A DNA stretch of 64,000 nt, taken from contig CM069149.1 of assembly GCA_035221665.1 (NCBI GenBank), positions 35,402,001 through 35,466,000 of the forward strand, in the 5' to 3' direction. The DNA is from Okamejei kenojei. Its lineage: Eukaryota. Positions within the stretch are counted from its first letter, which is position 1. Each line of letters starts with the position of its first letter. Positions 35,601-50,279 of the stretch are shown here, in pieces. A program made the position numbers and the translations under genes. The notes below the pieces were generated by a model that saw only the letters and a list, made by a program, of their open reading frames with translations, did no database searches and had not been told where the DNA came from.

Positions 35601-37489
35601 CATTTATATAGCCTCAGTGATTTTCCAGCCAATATAAAGTGCTGGCTCACCGATGTGAGTGACTGGTAGCCACCAGGTGTTTTTTATTCCCTATCCAGTC
35701 GCACTGATTTTATATTTGACAATTCAACGGTGAGCGTCCTGTTGCTTCGAGCCGCCGAGAAGGAAAGTGCATAACAGCCGAAGGTTTTCCTCTGTGATTT
35801 AATAATTGTAATAATGTAAAGACCCTTAATGTGTGCAAACAGCCAAGCGACCTGTTCTGTTATTTTCCCTTTCTAGGATGTTTATGTGGTTGTTAACATG
35901 AATTGTAAATAATTAAATGGCAAATAAATGACCCAGATTTTGTTATCAGTTAAATGTTGTTTCAACTATTAAAGTGCAAGTGTCCTGTAACGTTACTGTC
36001 ATTTAAAAAAGGAAAGTGTTAGAGATACTTGAGTCAGGCTGTTCTCTGGTGAAACACACACAGAGTTAACTCATCGCTGGAACTTTCTGGTTAGAAACGA
36101 ATCGTATTTTAAACTGCAGAGAAGGGGGAGGGATAGTGAAAACAAAGGGGACATATGTGATAGGATGGAGATCAAGAGAGACGAAATGATGCAAATAATG
36201 ACACTGAAGGATTGTTACCTTTGGCTGATTTGTTTGATGTCAATAGAAGCAGATGGTTGAGAGCGCGGATAAAAAAGTTATGCTGGTGCAGTGAGATACA
36301 AAATTCGAAGGGTGGTGAAAATCTAGAATAATGAAGGATGCTGAAAATCTGCAGAAAGTCAGGTAGCATCTACAAAGAGGAAAATAGTTCATTTTACAGG
36401 TTGATGCCATTTTGTTAGAGGAGCATTTCTGATATGAACTAGAACTGCTAGAAGTTAGTTAAACAACAGAAAATTGCTGATGCAGGAAATCTGAAATTAA
36501 AACATAGAAATACTCAGCAGATCAGATAACATGTGGAAGAGAAGTTTGTTTTGGATCAACGACCTTTCATTAGAACCTACATCTAGAGGTTAAAGTAAAT
36601 ATGATACCTCATGATACATCAATTATTTACGGTTAAAGCAAACAATTTGCTTTAAATTTCTCTTTCTACATCAACACTTCCCATTTAATACCATTTATAT
36701 AGTACACTGCCTTTTTGCATTTCCAGTTGAAACAAATAAGTTAGCATTTATCAATGCTATAACATGTATGTATTTTTTCTCCATCTGCTCAATCTGTCAG
36801 TCGCTTTGAAACCACTTTGCATCCTCTTCACAAGTTACAACCCGCCCTGCTAAGTATCATTGGCAGGTTTTAAACTATCACACTCTGCTTCCTCATCCAA
36901 ACCATCATGATACATGATGAATAGCTGAGTTTCAAGCTCTGATTCCTGTCAACCATGGCTGCATGATACTTTGCAAAAGACCCATTTATTCCTACCTGTC
37001 AACCAATTTTGACTCATGCCAATATCTCATCCCCAATAACGTGTGCCTTAATTTTACACCATAACATTTTATGTGCACTTTATCAAATTAAAGGATATAT
37101 CACATCCACTGCTATGTTCTTACCTCTTCCACCAATTACATCTCTAGGATCTCCATTCAAACATGATTTTCCTTCCAGAAATCCACTGATTTTGTCTAAC
37201 CTGTGTTTGTACTTTATAACTATGATTATCTCATCCTTTTTAAATAACCCCATCGCATTTTCCCAATTACTGATGTTAGACTAATCAGTCTGTAGTTTCC
37301 TTTTCTCACTCTTCTTTTAAACATTTGCCGCCTTCCAATCTGTGGAACTAATCCACAATCTATAGAATTCTGGAAAATGATAACTGGTGCACCTGTTATT
37401 TAAACAGCAACACCTTGTTACTGGGATGCAAATTATGAGGCTCCAGGGATTCATTGATTTATAATAATTTCTCCTGAACTATTTTGCCG

Positions 37490-39560
37490 GTACTAATTTC
37501 TTTTAGTAGGAAGATAAGCTGTTGTTACTTGAGCTAACTTTGCCTTCATTGTAACAGTGTAAAATGTCAGAGAAAGCATGGTCAGATTGGAAGTAGTGTG
37601 AATAATTAAAATAACATGCAACTGAAGCTCGGTTAACCTTGCAGGTTAAACAACGTTAGGCACAGGGAAGTGCAGATGCTGCTTTCAAAAAATGACATAA
37701 AGGCTGCAGTAATTCAGTGGGTATCAGTGGAGAACATGGACTGGACAAAGATGTTTTGTGAAGAGGTACTTTTGGTTTCATTAGTGTTCGGGAGACTGTG
37801 CCATGAGCACTGATTGCAATGGAAGAAGCGTAAGTGAACAATTGCTTTACTGGAAGGATCTTCTTGATGGTGATAAGGGAGGAGAAGACATTGTTTCCTG
37901 CAATTGATTGGAAGGTGAAATGGAGACAAGAAGTTGGAACTGATGGAAGAGTTAATGACAACGTTGCAGAGGGAACGATCACTTCTGAATGTCATAAGAG
38001 GAGAGAATGGGAAGATTGGTCTGGTGGTGGCATTGACATGAAGGTGGTGAAAATTATGAAGGATGATCTGTTGAATGAAGGCTGGTGAAACAATAATTAT
38101 CAACAGTAACCTCATCCTTATTCCGACTACTGGGAGAGAGGGTGAGAGTAGAAGTATGGAAAATGATACTGGTGCTGTTAAGAGCCTGTCGACTTTGATG
38201 GGAAATCTAGAATTAATGGAAACATCTCAGAATCATTTGTATGGAAAGTCATTATCAGTACTCATAGACAGTTCGATAGCAGAAGCATCCACATCGCGGG
38301 GCTGGAAACTGGATGTATCCTGGGCTAATTCTGCTACCACCATAATCTATTGCAACAAATGATGGCTTCCACTGATCGTCGCCGGAAGCTTGCATCGTTT
38401 TCAGGATGGACAATGACAGTGAGGCCAACATTTGTAACAAGATGGACACAAAAAGAAGAAGTACTCATAAACCAGCTGGAGAAACTGGGTAACTGGAATG
38501 TGGTCCTGTAGAAACCAGTCAAGATATTTGTAGGTGCCCATGGTCCAGCAATGGATGTTGGTCACTAACCTACTTGCTGAGATGATTCAAGGGAAGGGAA
38601 GAGTCATAGTTGCACCACATGGAAGTGAGAGCAAGTGGAAATCAGCAGCAATGGTGACAACATTTTTTACTTCTCCATGAGAGTTGGATGTAGGACCGAT
38701 ACAGTCATTAGATTACTGGAAAAAGGCTGAGGCACAGCCTGAATTGGTCTGATGCACATATTCACAAATAAACTGACATTGTTTGTCATATGATGGTTCT
38801 CATAGGAGAAGTGAGCATATATGTGAGGATATTCAGCCTGGCAAAAGAAGAATGCAGTAGAAATGGCTGAGCCTTCAAAGGAAGAACTGAAAGTTCCTCA
38901 GTAAGTTCCTGGTATGCGATGGAAGAGTTGAGGAATTGTATACCTAGTGTGAAACAAATACCAATCATGCTGGTTTGATGTCAACATTGAAGTTGATCTT
39001 TGCTGAACAGCGTTCTGTAAGTCCAGAGTGGTATAGGTTAGAATGAGAAATTGCAGTTGAAAAGTTGATGTAGAGTGTCAGAGGGATGGTGGATTGGGAA
39101 TTCGGCAGAAGGGGACAGGGCCCATAGTTTGGTTGAAGAAATAGGCATGGAGGTGAATGCAAGAGGAAAAAGAGTTCAACAGTATATCGGGGTCTGAATT
39201 CATTGAGATAGGTGTGGCAGGATATGACAGTAGGGAGAGATGGGGTTCGAGAATGGCGAGGGGGAAGGAAGATCCGGAGGAGTGTTAGAATGTAAGGTTG
39301 AAGTTTGCAATCTGCGATGCCTGAAAGATGGGGGGGGGGTTTGTAAAATTGCCAAATGTAGCAAGGGATGAAATGTATAGCAGAACTGGGCAGCTTTGCG
39401 AAAAAGCGGCAGTTCTAATGTGGACCAGGTCAGGAGCATACATGTTCCACTTAATGGCATTAAACATGAAGTGATGGATAGAAAGAGCATGGTGTACTGC
39501 AAAGCAATGAACATCTTGATCATACCTGTAACCGTGGTGGACCACAATGTGAAGGAATCC
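37490..39560 (-). mobile_element. Old, heavily decayed Penelope-like retroelement (RT-linker-GIY-YIG remnants); boundaries approximate
   Basis: ORF 37714-38115 contains IQQIILHNFHHL..ATTRPIFP..PL..FRSDRSL, typical of the PLE linker; further degraded PLE-like sequence on both sides. Confidence 0.68.
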
Positions 39561-41229
39561 ATGTGAAAATTAGTCAGTCAATCCTTCTTTTCCTTTACTC
39601 TTTATTTTGTTCCACGGCTTTTGTTCTCTTCAAATCCCAGTTGTTAGCAGAACCCATTGCTTCATTTTTTCACCAAGGTCACAGCTGTTTTGTTTCCTTT
39701 GCAGACTTCCAACAGGATATAGGGGGATAAATGTTTGATCAGAAGAGTGATTGGGGAAAAAACATCCAGCAGAACACACTTTAAATTGCCAACATTCCAA
39801 TAAATGTTGTATTATTATCACAGTCTGGTCCATTGAAATTGATATTGATCACTTTTTTATTGCATTTAAAACACTTCACTATATTGTATTGCCATAAGAA
39901 CTGAGAAATTGGAAGATAAATTTGCAAGTATCGGCTGGTAATAATTTTGCAAAAATCTTGGAAGTTTGTGACATTAGCAATTTCATAAATAACAATACTG
40001 TAAAATTATAGGATAACTTGAGGTGAAATAGAAAAATAACATCCTCGTAATAAACCTCTGCATTGGAATTACGGGATTTATACCACAAAACGGAATATAT
40101 TTGATTAATGCTATTTAAGGATGGCAATTAATGCCATAAATCACTGTTCCAACATAGAATGCAAATTGAACACCTAGTAAGAGAATAGAATAAGCCGTGG
40201 AATCACTTCCAAATTTCTTCAAAAAGTATTTTCTGAATATAGTATATGAATAAGATTTTTGTTTCAGTCAATAATGCATGAATGTAACCAGTGTAACCAA
40301 ATTGGCACTCATCCTTTTTTAAAACTCATTCACTTACAATATTTTCATATTTTCTTTGTCTCTTTTATTAATCCACTTTCTTTGTTGATTTTTTTCTAAA
40401 TGTATTTGTGTAATTATCTGACATATTGAAAAATCTCAGAAATAATATTGCAAGGATATTAACCAGGAAACAATGTTAGCACCAACATCTATACTAAATA
40501 CTAAAATAACATGAGTCTAAATGATTACGGTTTGGTTAAAGAGATAAGTTTACAGAGGGAACTCCAAAGCTTATACTTGGCTGCTGAAATCTGAGACGCG
40601 CAAGACTAATAATGGAGAACTATGGAGATCAAGAAGACTTGCAGGAAAAGGATGGCGAGGGTGCAGTACTTGTGTTTTTAAATATCGTGAATACCAATAG
40701 GTTTTTAAAATTGATACTGCTGTGGCATATGACCCAAGTAGGTCAACACACACAAGAATTGTGAGCAAGTTTAGATATGCTCAGCAGAGCTTTGGATGAA
40801 CATGCCATTGATGGGCAGAAGATGGCAGATTAATCAAATCATCATTAGAAAAGCCATCAGATATTCTAATAGATGAGAGCTTCAGAAACATGAGTTAAGG
40901 CAAGGCGGAATGTTTTTTTTTTACATAGGTGGAACATGCTTTCTGTGTGATAGAACGGATATGTCCTTCAGTCTGTATTAACGCACCACATTTTTGAATT
41001 CTGACTCGGTTTCAAGCAGTATCCAAGGAAAGAAATGTTACCTGCGGATCTCCGATGGGGACGAGATACAGTGGATTTGGTAATTCCAAAGGTTGTGGAA
41101 AAGACACACTCATTCATTATCAAATCTTAAGTAAATGTTTTGTGGTCCAGAAAGGTAAAGGTGAAATAGGACTGATAATCAGTTTAGGATTCTTTGGGAT
41201 ATGATTTACTTTCATTTGGAAGGAAATGG

Positions 41230-41900
41230 GCCAATTAATGACGGTCGGCATGGTTTTGTTGTACCAGGCCACGTCTCATGACGTGATTGTGATTTTTGAG
41301 GCGGTGACGATATGATCAATGAGGGCTAGGAAGTGGATGTTGTCTACATGGATTTTAGTAAAGCATTTGATAACTACTCTCATGGTAAGCTGATCCAGAA
41401 AATTAAAATGTATGGGATTCATGATGACATGATAATTTGGATTCAGAATTGTCTTAATCATAGAAAACAGAAGGAAGGATGCTACTCTGACTGGAGGTTT
41501 GTGGCGAAGGATCGTGGAGTCCACAGCTCATTGAAAGTAGCAACACAAGTAGAGTGGGAAATGGTATGCCTGAATTCATGGATGTGATATTGAGTGCAAG
41601 AGTCAGGATGCCATGTTGCAGTTTTATAGGGCTTTGGTGGGCTGCATTCGGAGTAGTGTATGGAGTTCTGGTTGCCCTATTACAGGAAGAATGTGGAAGT
41701 TTTGGAGAGGCCACAGAAGACGTTTGCCAGAATGGTGCCTGGATTATAAAGTATTAGGTATCCGGTTGGACAAATGGATTGTTTTTCTGGAGCCTCAGAG
41801 GGTAGAAGTATATAAAATTATGAGAGGCATAGATAGAAAATTTTTCCCAGCATGTAAAGGTCAAAAACTAGAGGGCATTGCTTTAATTTGAGAGGGGCAA
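41230..41900 (+). mobile_element. Decayed CR1 LINE RT fragment
   Basis: DVVYMDFSKAFD..HGKLIQKI (ORF 41333) and MLQFYRALV (ORF 41613). Confidence 0.85.
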
Positions 41901-44895
41901 AGTTTTTAAAGTTTAAAATGTGTGCATTGGAGATGCCTAAATTCATCAAAACTGCATTTCAGCATGGTATATATGCAAATAGTCATTATGTTGCCACTTT
42001 GTCTTACTTACCCCAGAGTCTGTTTCATTACTAAACTCAATGTGAATACTCTAAATAGCAAATTAACAAAAGCTGGAACAGGCTGGCGTCAGTGAGATTT
42101 GCATGGTCGATTGTGCGATTCATAGATAAGTTACAATCATTGGAAAATATCGGCCATGAGCGGCAAGGACTAGCAATTCCAAATCAAAGGTACTGCAAAC
42201 GCATCATGAAAAGATCAATGCTTTTGTGGATCCTTTCATCAAATCCATGACTTCATCGGAAAAACCTGTTAGTCTTCTGCCTTTATGTGATTTGGCATCT
42301 TTATTCCATTCATCACATGTTGCTTCTGTTCACTGGTGCATTTGCAGTGGAGACACAGACGGAGCCTACCCCCCTCTCTTCCAGCTGACACACACACTCA
42401 CACTCACACACTACCTATCCATGTTCTCCAATGATGCTGCCTGCTGAGTTACTCCAGCGTTTGTCTTTTATTATAAACCAGCATCCGCTGTTCTTTGTTT
42501 CTGCTTCTGTAGATACTTGTCTGGTACCTGTCTCCATCTCCGTTCCAGCAGTGCACGTTTTGTGCTAAATTTACTATGGTTTATGTTTTAACATTACGGT
42601 TTAGAAATTAAAATTAGATCTATCAAAAGCACAAACATTATTTCCACCTCATTGGTAATAACTTTGTAGATCCACTGTTAAAATCCTGTTTATTTTTGAC
42701 AGATGCTTTATTCCGACCTAACAGGATTTGATTGACTGGGTTGGATGTAATGTAATTGCTGCCAAGATACAAGAAGTTATCTTCAACTGTATATCATTTG
42801 AGTACCATAATTTATTTAATATTGTTGATGTCAGTTAATGACACATCTGGTGGCTTTTCAAGTACCAGTCATTTCAGTATTTTTTTAAATTGATTAGGAT
42901 AACTACAGTGTCACCGTGAATTCTTGATTGATATGGTTCAATGGCACTTAGTTCAATATCACATTATAATTAGAATTACAACAGTTGAAGAATCTGTATT
43001 CTCAGTGACCATTTTTTTTATTTCATAGTATTAATCATGTGCCAAAGATATTAAAGCTTTCACCTTTTTAAGGCAGTCAGTAAGGTCCTAAAGTTAGTTT
43101 GTTTATTTTAAGTTTGTTGATTTCAGAAGAGCTGCTGGCATCATTGGGTTAAAACCTATCGACTATGGAGAAGAAAAGTAGCCCTATTTCCTGCTCTTTA
43201 TTATTGTGCATGTATACCAGTAGAAGGTGCTCTATGTGTCAGTATTGGCTGCAAGCAGAACGAGACTCTTAGGGATTTCAGTGTGGCTGGTTACTGTTGA
43301 TACCATCAGAATCTGTACATGAAGCAAGTTTACCAGCGAGATGCCTGTGGAACTTGCCAGCAAGAGTCCGCTGCAAATCTGAAAATCCCAGTTTCCAGAG
43401 CATGTTTATCTCATTTTTCTCCAGTGTGTTTTACAACAGAAGAGGAGTTATTTCATACTCCTCTCTAACTTAGAGCTGAATGCACCAGTAAAATCATAGT
43501 CCTAACAGAATTTATTCTGACTGACCCAAGGATGTGCGTTACGTACAGTTAGACTTTATAACCTGAAAGTGCAGGAGTGATTTAAAAATAGTTTGCTTTA
43601 TAGTAACAGAATACATTATAGTTTACACAGTTGCACTGCATTTATAGAGTCATCCAGCATGGAACCGTGCTCTTTGGCCCAATTTTCCCATGCCGATCAA
43701 GATGCTCCATTAGTTCCACTTAACGTCATTTGGCCCATGTCCCTTTAACTCTTTCCTACCCTTGTACCTGTCCAAATGTTGTTATTGTATCTGCCTCAAC
43801 TACCTCCCGGCAGCTTGTCCCATCCACCCACCACCCACCTTTGTTTTTGCTGATGGTGAAATACTTTATAATATGTAATATTTTCATGCTAGGTTCTAAA
43901 CTTGTCTCCCTAGGGTATTTGCTTGCATGGAGGAAGTATAGTTGTGATTGCTGGTGTTTACAGTAGGAAAAAATGTTTTAACATAATGATTGAATTTTAT
44001 TTTTAAATTGCAGGTGTTGAAAATCTTTAATTAAAAACAGGAAATGCTAGAAACGCTGCACGAAAGGCGCATGTATGAAAATAAATAAATTGTTACTATG
44101 ATTCTTTGATCTCGCCTTTGTTTTTACACGTATTAGCTGGTAAAGAAAGTTTGTCATAATGGGTAGTTGTAGGAGAGTTATGCCAGTTGCTCGTGCTGTT
44201 CTACTTGAAGGTATATTGCACACATTTATCAAAAGTGTACTTATCCTAATAAGATAATATGACAAAGTACAGTACTGTGAGTTTAATGAAATCATAATAA
44301 TATATGTCTTATCCTGTCATAAATAGTATCAGTGCAAAATAGGTGAAATGTTTTGCACTAGTAGTCTGATGAATGCTTCTTTCCCAACGCAATATTGTCA
44401 AGTACTGTAACACTCTCTGAGAACAATCTCTTAGATTTTCCAATAACTTTAATTGTAAATTTATTATACTTGTGTTCGGAGAGATGAAATTCTCATGACA
44501 AAATTAAATTAATTGTTTATTTCGGGGGTTATGTCTAGTGGTTATTATAACTGGGAATATGAGGTGCTGCAGACGTATATGGTGGATTAGTAATCCCTAG
44601 AGTCTTGGACTCGTGATCTGAAGTGCCAAATTGAGTCAAAGAATTATACAGTGTGGAAACAGGCCCTTTGTCCCACTGAGTCCAGCAACCATTCCGTCAA
44701 TTATTCTAATCACATTTTATTCTTGCAACATTTCCATCAATTCCCTGAGGATACCATAGTACACCTGCACACTAGGACAGTCTACAATGCCCAATTAACT
44801 TTGAGATGTAGGGTGACAATTGAGCACCTGGGGGAAACCCCATGTGACCAAAGGGAGAATTTTATTAAACTTCTTAAAAGTGTCTCCACCCCTTA

Positions 44896-45311
44896 TCTTC
44901 CCCCCCATCTCTCTTCCCCCCCCTCTTCCCCCCCCCTCTCTCCCCCCCCCTTCTTCCCCCCCCTCTCTCCCCCCTTCTCTCTCCCCCCTTCTCTCTCCCC
45001 CTTCTCTCTCCCCCCTTCTCTCTCCCCCTTCTCTCTCCCCCCTTCGCTCTCCCCCCTTCGCTCTCCCCCCTTCGCTCTCTCCCCCCCTTCTCTCTCCCCC
45101 CTTCTCTCTCCCCCCCTTCTCTCTCCCCCCTTCTCTCTCCCCCCTTCTCTCTCCCCCCTTCTCTCCCCCCCCCTTCTCTCCCCCCCCCTTCTCTCCCCCC
45201 CCTTCTCTCCCCCCCCCTTCTCTCCCCCCCCTTCTCTCCCCCCCCTTCTCTCTCCCCCCCTTCTCTCTCCCCCCTTTTCTCTCTCCCCCCCCCCTCTCTC
45301 TCCCCCCTCTT
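44896..45311. repeat. Polypyrimidine/polypurine low-complexity tract (CCCCCTTCTCT-like units)
   Basis: About 415 nt almost entirely C/T on the + strand. Confidence 0.95.
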
Positions 45312-46698
45312 GCCCCTTTACCTGGACTGATCTGTATGTTTCTCTGTGCAGCAATATGGTTGACTCTTAAGTTGACCTAACGGGGTAATTCAGGTTAGAG
45401 AATAAATTCTGGGCCTGCCAACAATATGCGTTTCCAGTGAAAGAACAAATAAAAGAGATTGTCGGTACTATGTTGCTACTATTAGCACATTAGATTCCTC
45501 ATTCAACTTTCCTTCAATTTCTTACTTAATGTTTTCCAGCAGCAACAAAGGTGCCTTTTTTTTCTTTGAAGGATGAAACCCATGTAAAAGAGTTTTAATT
45601 TGTGTTTTCATAACTTTGAACAGCCTGAAGTGTTTTACTACCAACAATGTATTTTTGAGATGTAGTAATTGATCTAAAATTGAGGTGCTCTGTTCTATAT
45701 GCCACTTTCTGGTAGCAGGTACATTGAGTGGCAAATTTGCAGGGAAATTGTTGAGCTGCGCAAAAGCTATAGATTAACGATAATGAGAATCAATATTAAT
45801 GGCAGATAGTGGGAGAAACAACTTTTGTGATCAGTATGTTTCTCGCCCAACAAGGCTGTTGGTAGACTTAGTTCTTGGAAATTAGTAAGTAAGTGTTAGT
45901 GAGAGAATATCTTGGAAGCAGTGATCATAATAGTTAAAGGTTTACTATAGCTGTGGGCAAGAAAATATGCTATTCTAAGGTAAAAATAGTTGTGGGAAGA
46001 GGGTCAGTTTTACTGGGATGAGAACCGATCTGATGTGGGTAAATTGGAATCAAAGCTTGATAGTCAAAGCTATATTTGAACAATAGGAAGCTAGGCATGT
46101 TTCAGCTACAGTCTGAGCCAGGATGGGGAAATTAAAGCTGGAACACTCTGGGTAGCCAAAATAAACTGAAATGGAACAGGAGGAAAGAGAATGTGTGACA
46201 TATGCCAAGATGTTGTACACCTGGGAAATGGGCTAATTCTCCAAAGTTCAAAAAGGAAGTGAAAAATAAATAAGAAATGTAAGGAGCGAGAGTCTGATAG
46301 CAAACCTTAGCGAGTCCAGGCATGTAAACAGGAAAGTGGTCGTAAGAGAGCAGGTGAGGCTGATAGAGACAAAAAAGTAAATCTTGCCAAGCCAGGCATG
46401 GGAGAGGTACTAAATGAGTTATTTATTAGTCCCTGCCAAGGAAGAAGATGGTGATGGGTCTTAGCATTGTTCTTTGATAGGCCAAATTTTGATAGGCCTC
46501 TTTACATGCAATAACCTTTTGGTGAATCTGTAAATTAAGAGTCAGAGTTTGAATAGAATGGTGATGAATATTGTTTGCAAGTTTTTCCAGTGGTGTAAGA
46601 GACAAAGAGAATGCTGAGTTATTGGTCTGAGCCGCAGGTTTATAGACTTGAGTCCTGATGATGTACTGCATAGGCTGGCTGACTGTAACTGGAACTAG

Positions 46699-47368
46699 GT
46701 TATGGCCTGGACATGTATGGCTGCTGAAGGTACTGGCTTACTTATCTTCACTGATGATACAACTGCTGATGGTAGTAACACAATGAATTCTGAAGTGTAT
46801 AGAAACATCCTATCTGCTCAAGTTCAAACAATGCCTCAAAACTCATTGATCGGTGGTTCATTCTACAGCGAGACAATGATCTCAAATATACTGCTAAAGC
46901 AACAAAGGAGTTTTTCAAAGATAGAAAATGGTCAATTCTTGAGTGGCCAAGTCAATCACCCGATCTGAACCCAATTGAGCATGCCTTTTATATGCTGAAG
47001 AGAAACTGAAGGGGATTAGCCCCCAAAACAAGCATAAGGTAAAGATGATTGCAATACAGGCCTGGCAGAGCATCACCAGAGAAGACACCCAGCAACTGGT
47101 GATATCTATGAATTGCAGACTTCAAGCAGTCATTGCATGCAAAGGATATGCAACAAAATACTAAATTATGGTGCCCTGAAATGGGGGACTATGTATAAAC
47201 ACTGCTGAAATGTCTACATGGTGAAACCAAAATGTATAAAAATTGACTTTATTAAAATCTGACAATGTGCACTTTAACCACATGTGATTTATTTTTTTCT
47301 ATTACAAATCTCAAATTGTGGAGTACAGAGGCAAATAAATAAATGTGGTTCTTTGTCCCGAACATTAT
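46699..47368 (+). mobile_element. Tc1 (DD34E-type) transposon 3' fragment, frameshifted
   Basis: Conceptual translation across frameshifts: VMAWTCMAA-GTG...LQRDND.KYTAKATKEF...ILEWPSQSPDLNPIEH...RLQAVIACKGYATKY*, followed by a truncated right TIR-like region. Confidence 0.9.
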
Positions 47369-48619
47369 ATCTAGGTATCTGTATCTAGGTATGAGTCTAT
47401 ATCACTGGTTTAAAGTTATCTCTTAAGAACATCGCTGCTACTTTAACCACGAGTGCCTTTGAAATTGACAAGCAATCACTTCTATTTGAAACGTGCATCT
47501 CTATATTAGATTAAACAATGTAACATAGTCGTAATTTTAGTTTACAGTAACCCAAATAACAAAAATGTTGCTATTATAAAAGTCCTTTATTTTTGAAAGC
47601 CCTGCCTGAAAAAATAACTTTGTTATTGCGAGTCTGAAACGCTCTAGCCCCAATTCTCTTTCCTTCATTGACACAATGGTACTTTTAATGAGATATTCTT
47701 CGGAAAGCAACTATCACTTGTAGCAGAACTACCTCTACTGCAGTCAGTGTTCACAATGTGGTGTCCTGTATATTGGGGAAACCCAATGCAGATTGGGTAA
47801 TGGGGTGATTGCTTTGCCAAATTCCTCTGTTATGTTTGTCTGTTTAATTCTACATTCCATTCCTATTCAAGTATCTGTCTTTTGCGCTGTTCTGATTAAA
47901 CTTGACGAACAACATATAATCTTCCAACAAGACAATTTACTGTTCTCATGACTAAATACTAAATTTGGCAATTTTGGATTTGGATCAGAACTGGCCATTT
48001 CTGATGAGAGATCATTAATTTGTAATGCTAGCTTAATTTCTGAACCTTCTCAGATGTTGAATTACTTTCTACATAGATTTTTTTTAACTGCATTCTGTTT
48101 TATTTCCAGATTACCAGCACTGCAGTGTTACATATTTTGCATTCCAGCACTTTCTTCCCTTCCTCCACTTTTCTCTCCATCTTTTCAATTTGTGCTTCCT
48201 CCAGGCAGATCAGCGGTGATCAGCAAGCCTTCACCGCACTATCATCTGGCACCCGGGTGTAGCATATGCTACATTCAATCTCTCGTCCATCCTTTCATAG
48301 ATATACCCTTTGCTGTTTCCACCACCCCTCCCCCATTTTCTAATTAAAAATGTGCCATTTTGAAATCTCTCTGTTCTGAAGAAAAGTCAAGAACCAAAAA
48401 CATTCATTCTTTCCCTCTCCAGAAAAAGAGAAATTCCTGGTTTGTTGAACAAAATGCTCTGTTCTTTGATGGATTCCCACAGCATTTGACATTTATACTT
48501 GTCATTCACAACACTGCCACATTCCAGGGCTTCCTAGATATTAGGAACCTTTTTGGTTTAGGAAAGCAAAAATTACAAAATGAAATATTCACTCAAAATG
48601 AATTAAATCAAAGGACGTA

Positions 48620-48880
48620 GCTGCAGAGCCACTGTCTTACAGCGCCAGAGTCCCGGATTTGATCCTGACTATGGGTGCTGTCTCCCCGTGACCTGAGTGT
48701 TTTCTCTGAGATCTTCAGTTTCCTCCCACACTCCAAAGATGTACTGATTTGTAGGTTAATTGGCTTAGTGTAAATGTAAAATTGTCCCTTGTAGGGTAGT
48801 GTTAAATGTATAGAGATTGTTGTCGGCTAGGACTCGGTGGGCTGAAGGGTCTTTTTCTGTGCTGTATTTCTCAACTAAAT
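48620..48880 (+). mobile_element. HE1-like V-SINE, internally deleted
   Basis: Same head, V-domain and tail motifs as 7659-7923. Confidence 0.75.
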
Positions 48881-49613
48881 GAAAAATTAATGTCGAGTCC
48901 CATACAGCTAAGATTTTTTGGAAAGGGCACTTTAAATGAAACCAGTGCAGGATGAACAATCAGGAGATCATCATAAGATGATTTTTCCTTTTTCGCTTCA
49001 CGGGGAGCCATGAATGATGCTGGCTTCTGTTAACCCTGCCCTTGACAGGTGTCCTTGAACAGTTAAGTAATGATACCTTGGTGAGGCGCTTTCAGATATT
49101 ATTTGTACTGTTTGAATGGATTCTGTAGTTGATAGGGTATTTATATATTTCCTCATAGAAGGATTATTGCCCAATGGCAGTGATAATAAGCACATTATGT
49201 GAGGAACGGCACGGTAGTAGCTGCATTACCACAAGAAGTGCAGCCATGAGTTCATTTCATGAATTAATTTCAGCATTTGTTGAATTCCAGGGTGATGTGT
49301 CATACACTTAGAAAAATCCTTGATTATACTTAATAATAGTTCTGTTCAAAACAGCAGTTTCCTGATCAACATGCAGATGGAGCATATCAACATGGAATAA
49401 TGTTAGCAGTGAGTTTGCTAATTGCGTCTGTTTGAGTTACGCTGTCAAATGAAGAAGGGACTATTACCAGACTCCGCCTATTGATTTGACATTAGGAATA
49501 TTTATACTGAAGTTACTTTATCTCCTTTTAACTTTCACACGAGTAGTTTAGTTACCAAGAAAAGTCTAAAAGTATTTACTTTCAGTTAGAATACTGCTGC
49601 AGATGAAGCCTAA

Positions 49614-50279
49614 TGGGCCTGTCCCACTTGGGCGACTTTTCAGGCGACTGCCGGCGACTGTCAAGCGGGGGACAGGGCAAGCGGGGGGAGTGCTGTCTGA
49701 GTGAAATTCACACGGTGCAAAGCCAATGTGATACAGACACACACAGCAATGAACAAGAAGGTTGGCGCTGTAATTAAGACGGTGAAAGCACAGTGTACAG
49801 GAAGGGTCACGTAAGTCCTTTAAGAGAGGAGGGAGAAGGAGGAGACGGAGTGGGGAGAAGGAGTGGAGATAACTTTTAAGAAGCCAGAGCTACAAGGCTG
49901 TGAAGTTCGGCGAACATTAACATTACCGGTCGGTTATCTTTGGTTCTGAAGTTGTTTTTTTCTCCCAATGAGCCAATTAAATTCATCGGTCAGCACCGGC
50001 GAGAACCTACGACAACCTTCGACATCCTGGCAACCCACTACCACTGCACCTACGGCACGAGCATTCTCGCTACTCTCCATGGCGGCTTCTTTCTGGTCGC
50101 TGCTAATTTTTCAACATGTTGGAAAATGCGCGATGACCATAATGAGGCCGCGACTAGTTCCCAGAATGCGGGAAGTCCCCACGACCATGTAGGCGACTAC
50201 CTGACAACCACCGCGAACATGTGGCGACCGCATAGTCTCCTGCAGTTGCCTAAAAAGTCACCTTAGTGGGACAAGCCCA
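49614..50279. mobile_element. Harbinger-like non-autonomous element
   Basis: TIRs TGGGCCTGTCCCACT...GGCGACTG / CAGTTGCC...AGTGGGACAAGCCCA; TAA TSD at 49611-49613 and 50280-50282. Confidence 0.8.

Noticed and set aside
44651-45380. Long Pro/Ser/Leu- and Gly/Glu/Arg-rich ORFs
   Set aside because: Artefacts of the stop-free C/T low-complexity tract.
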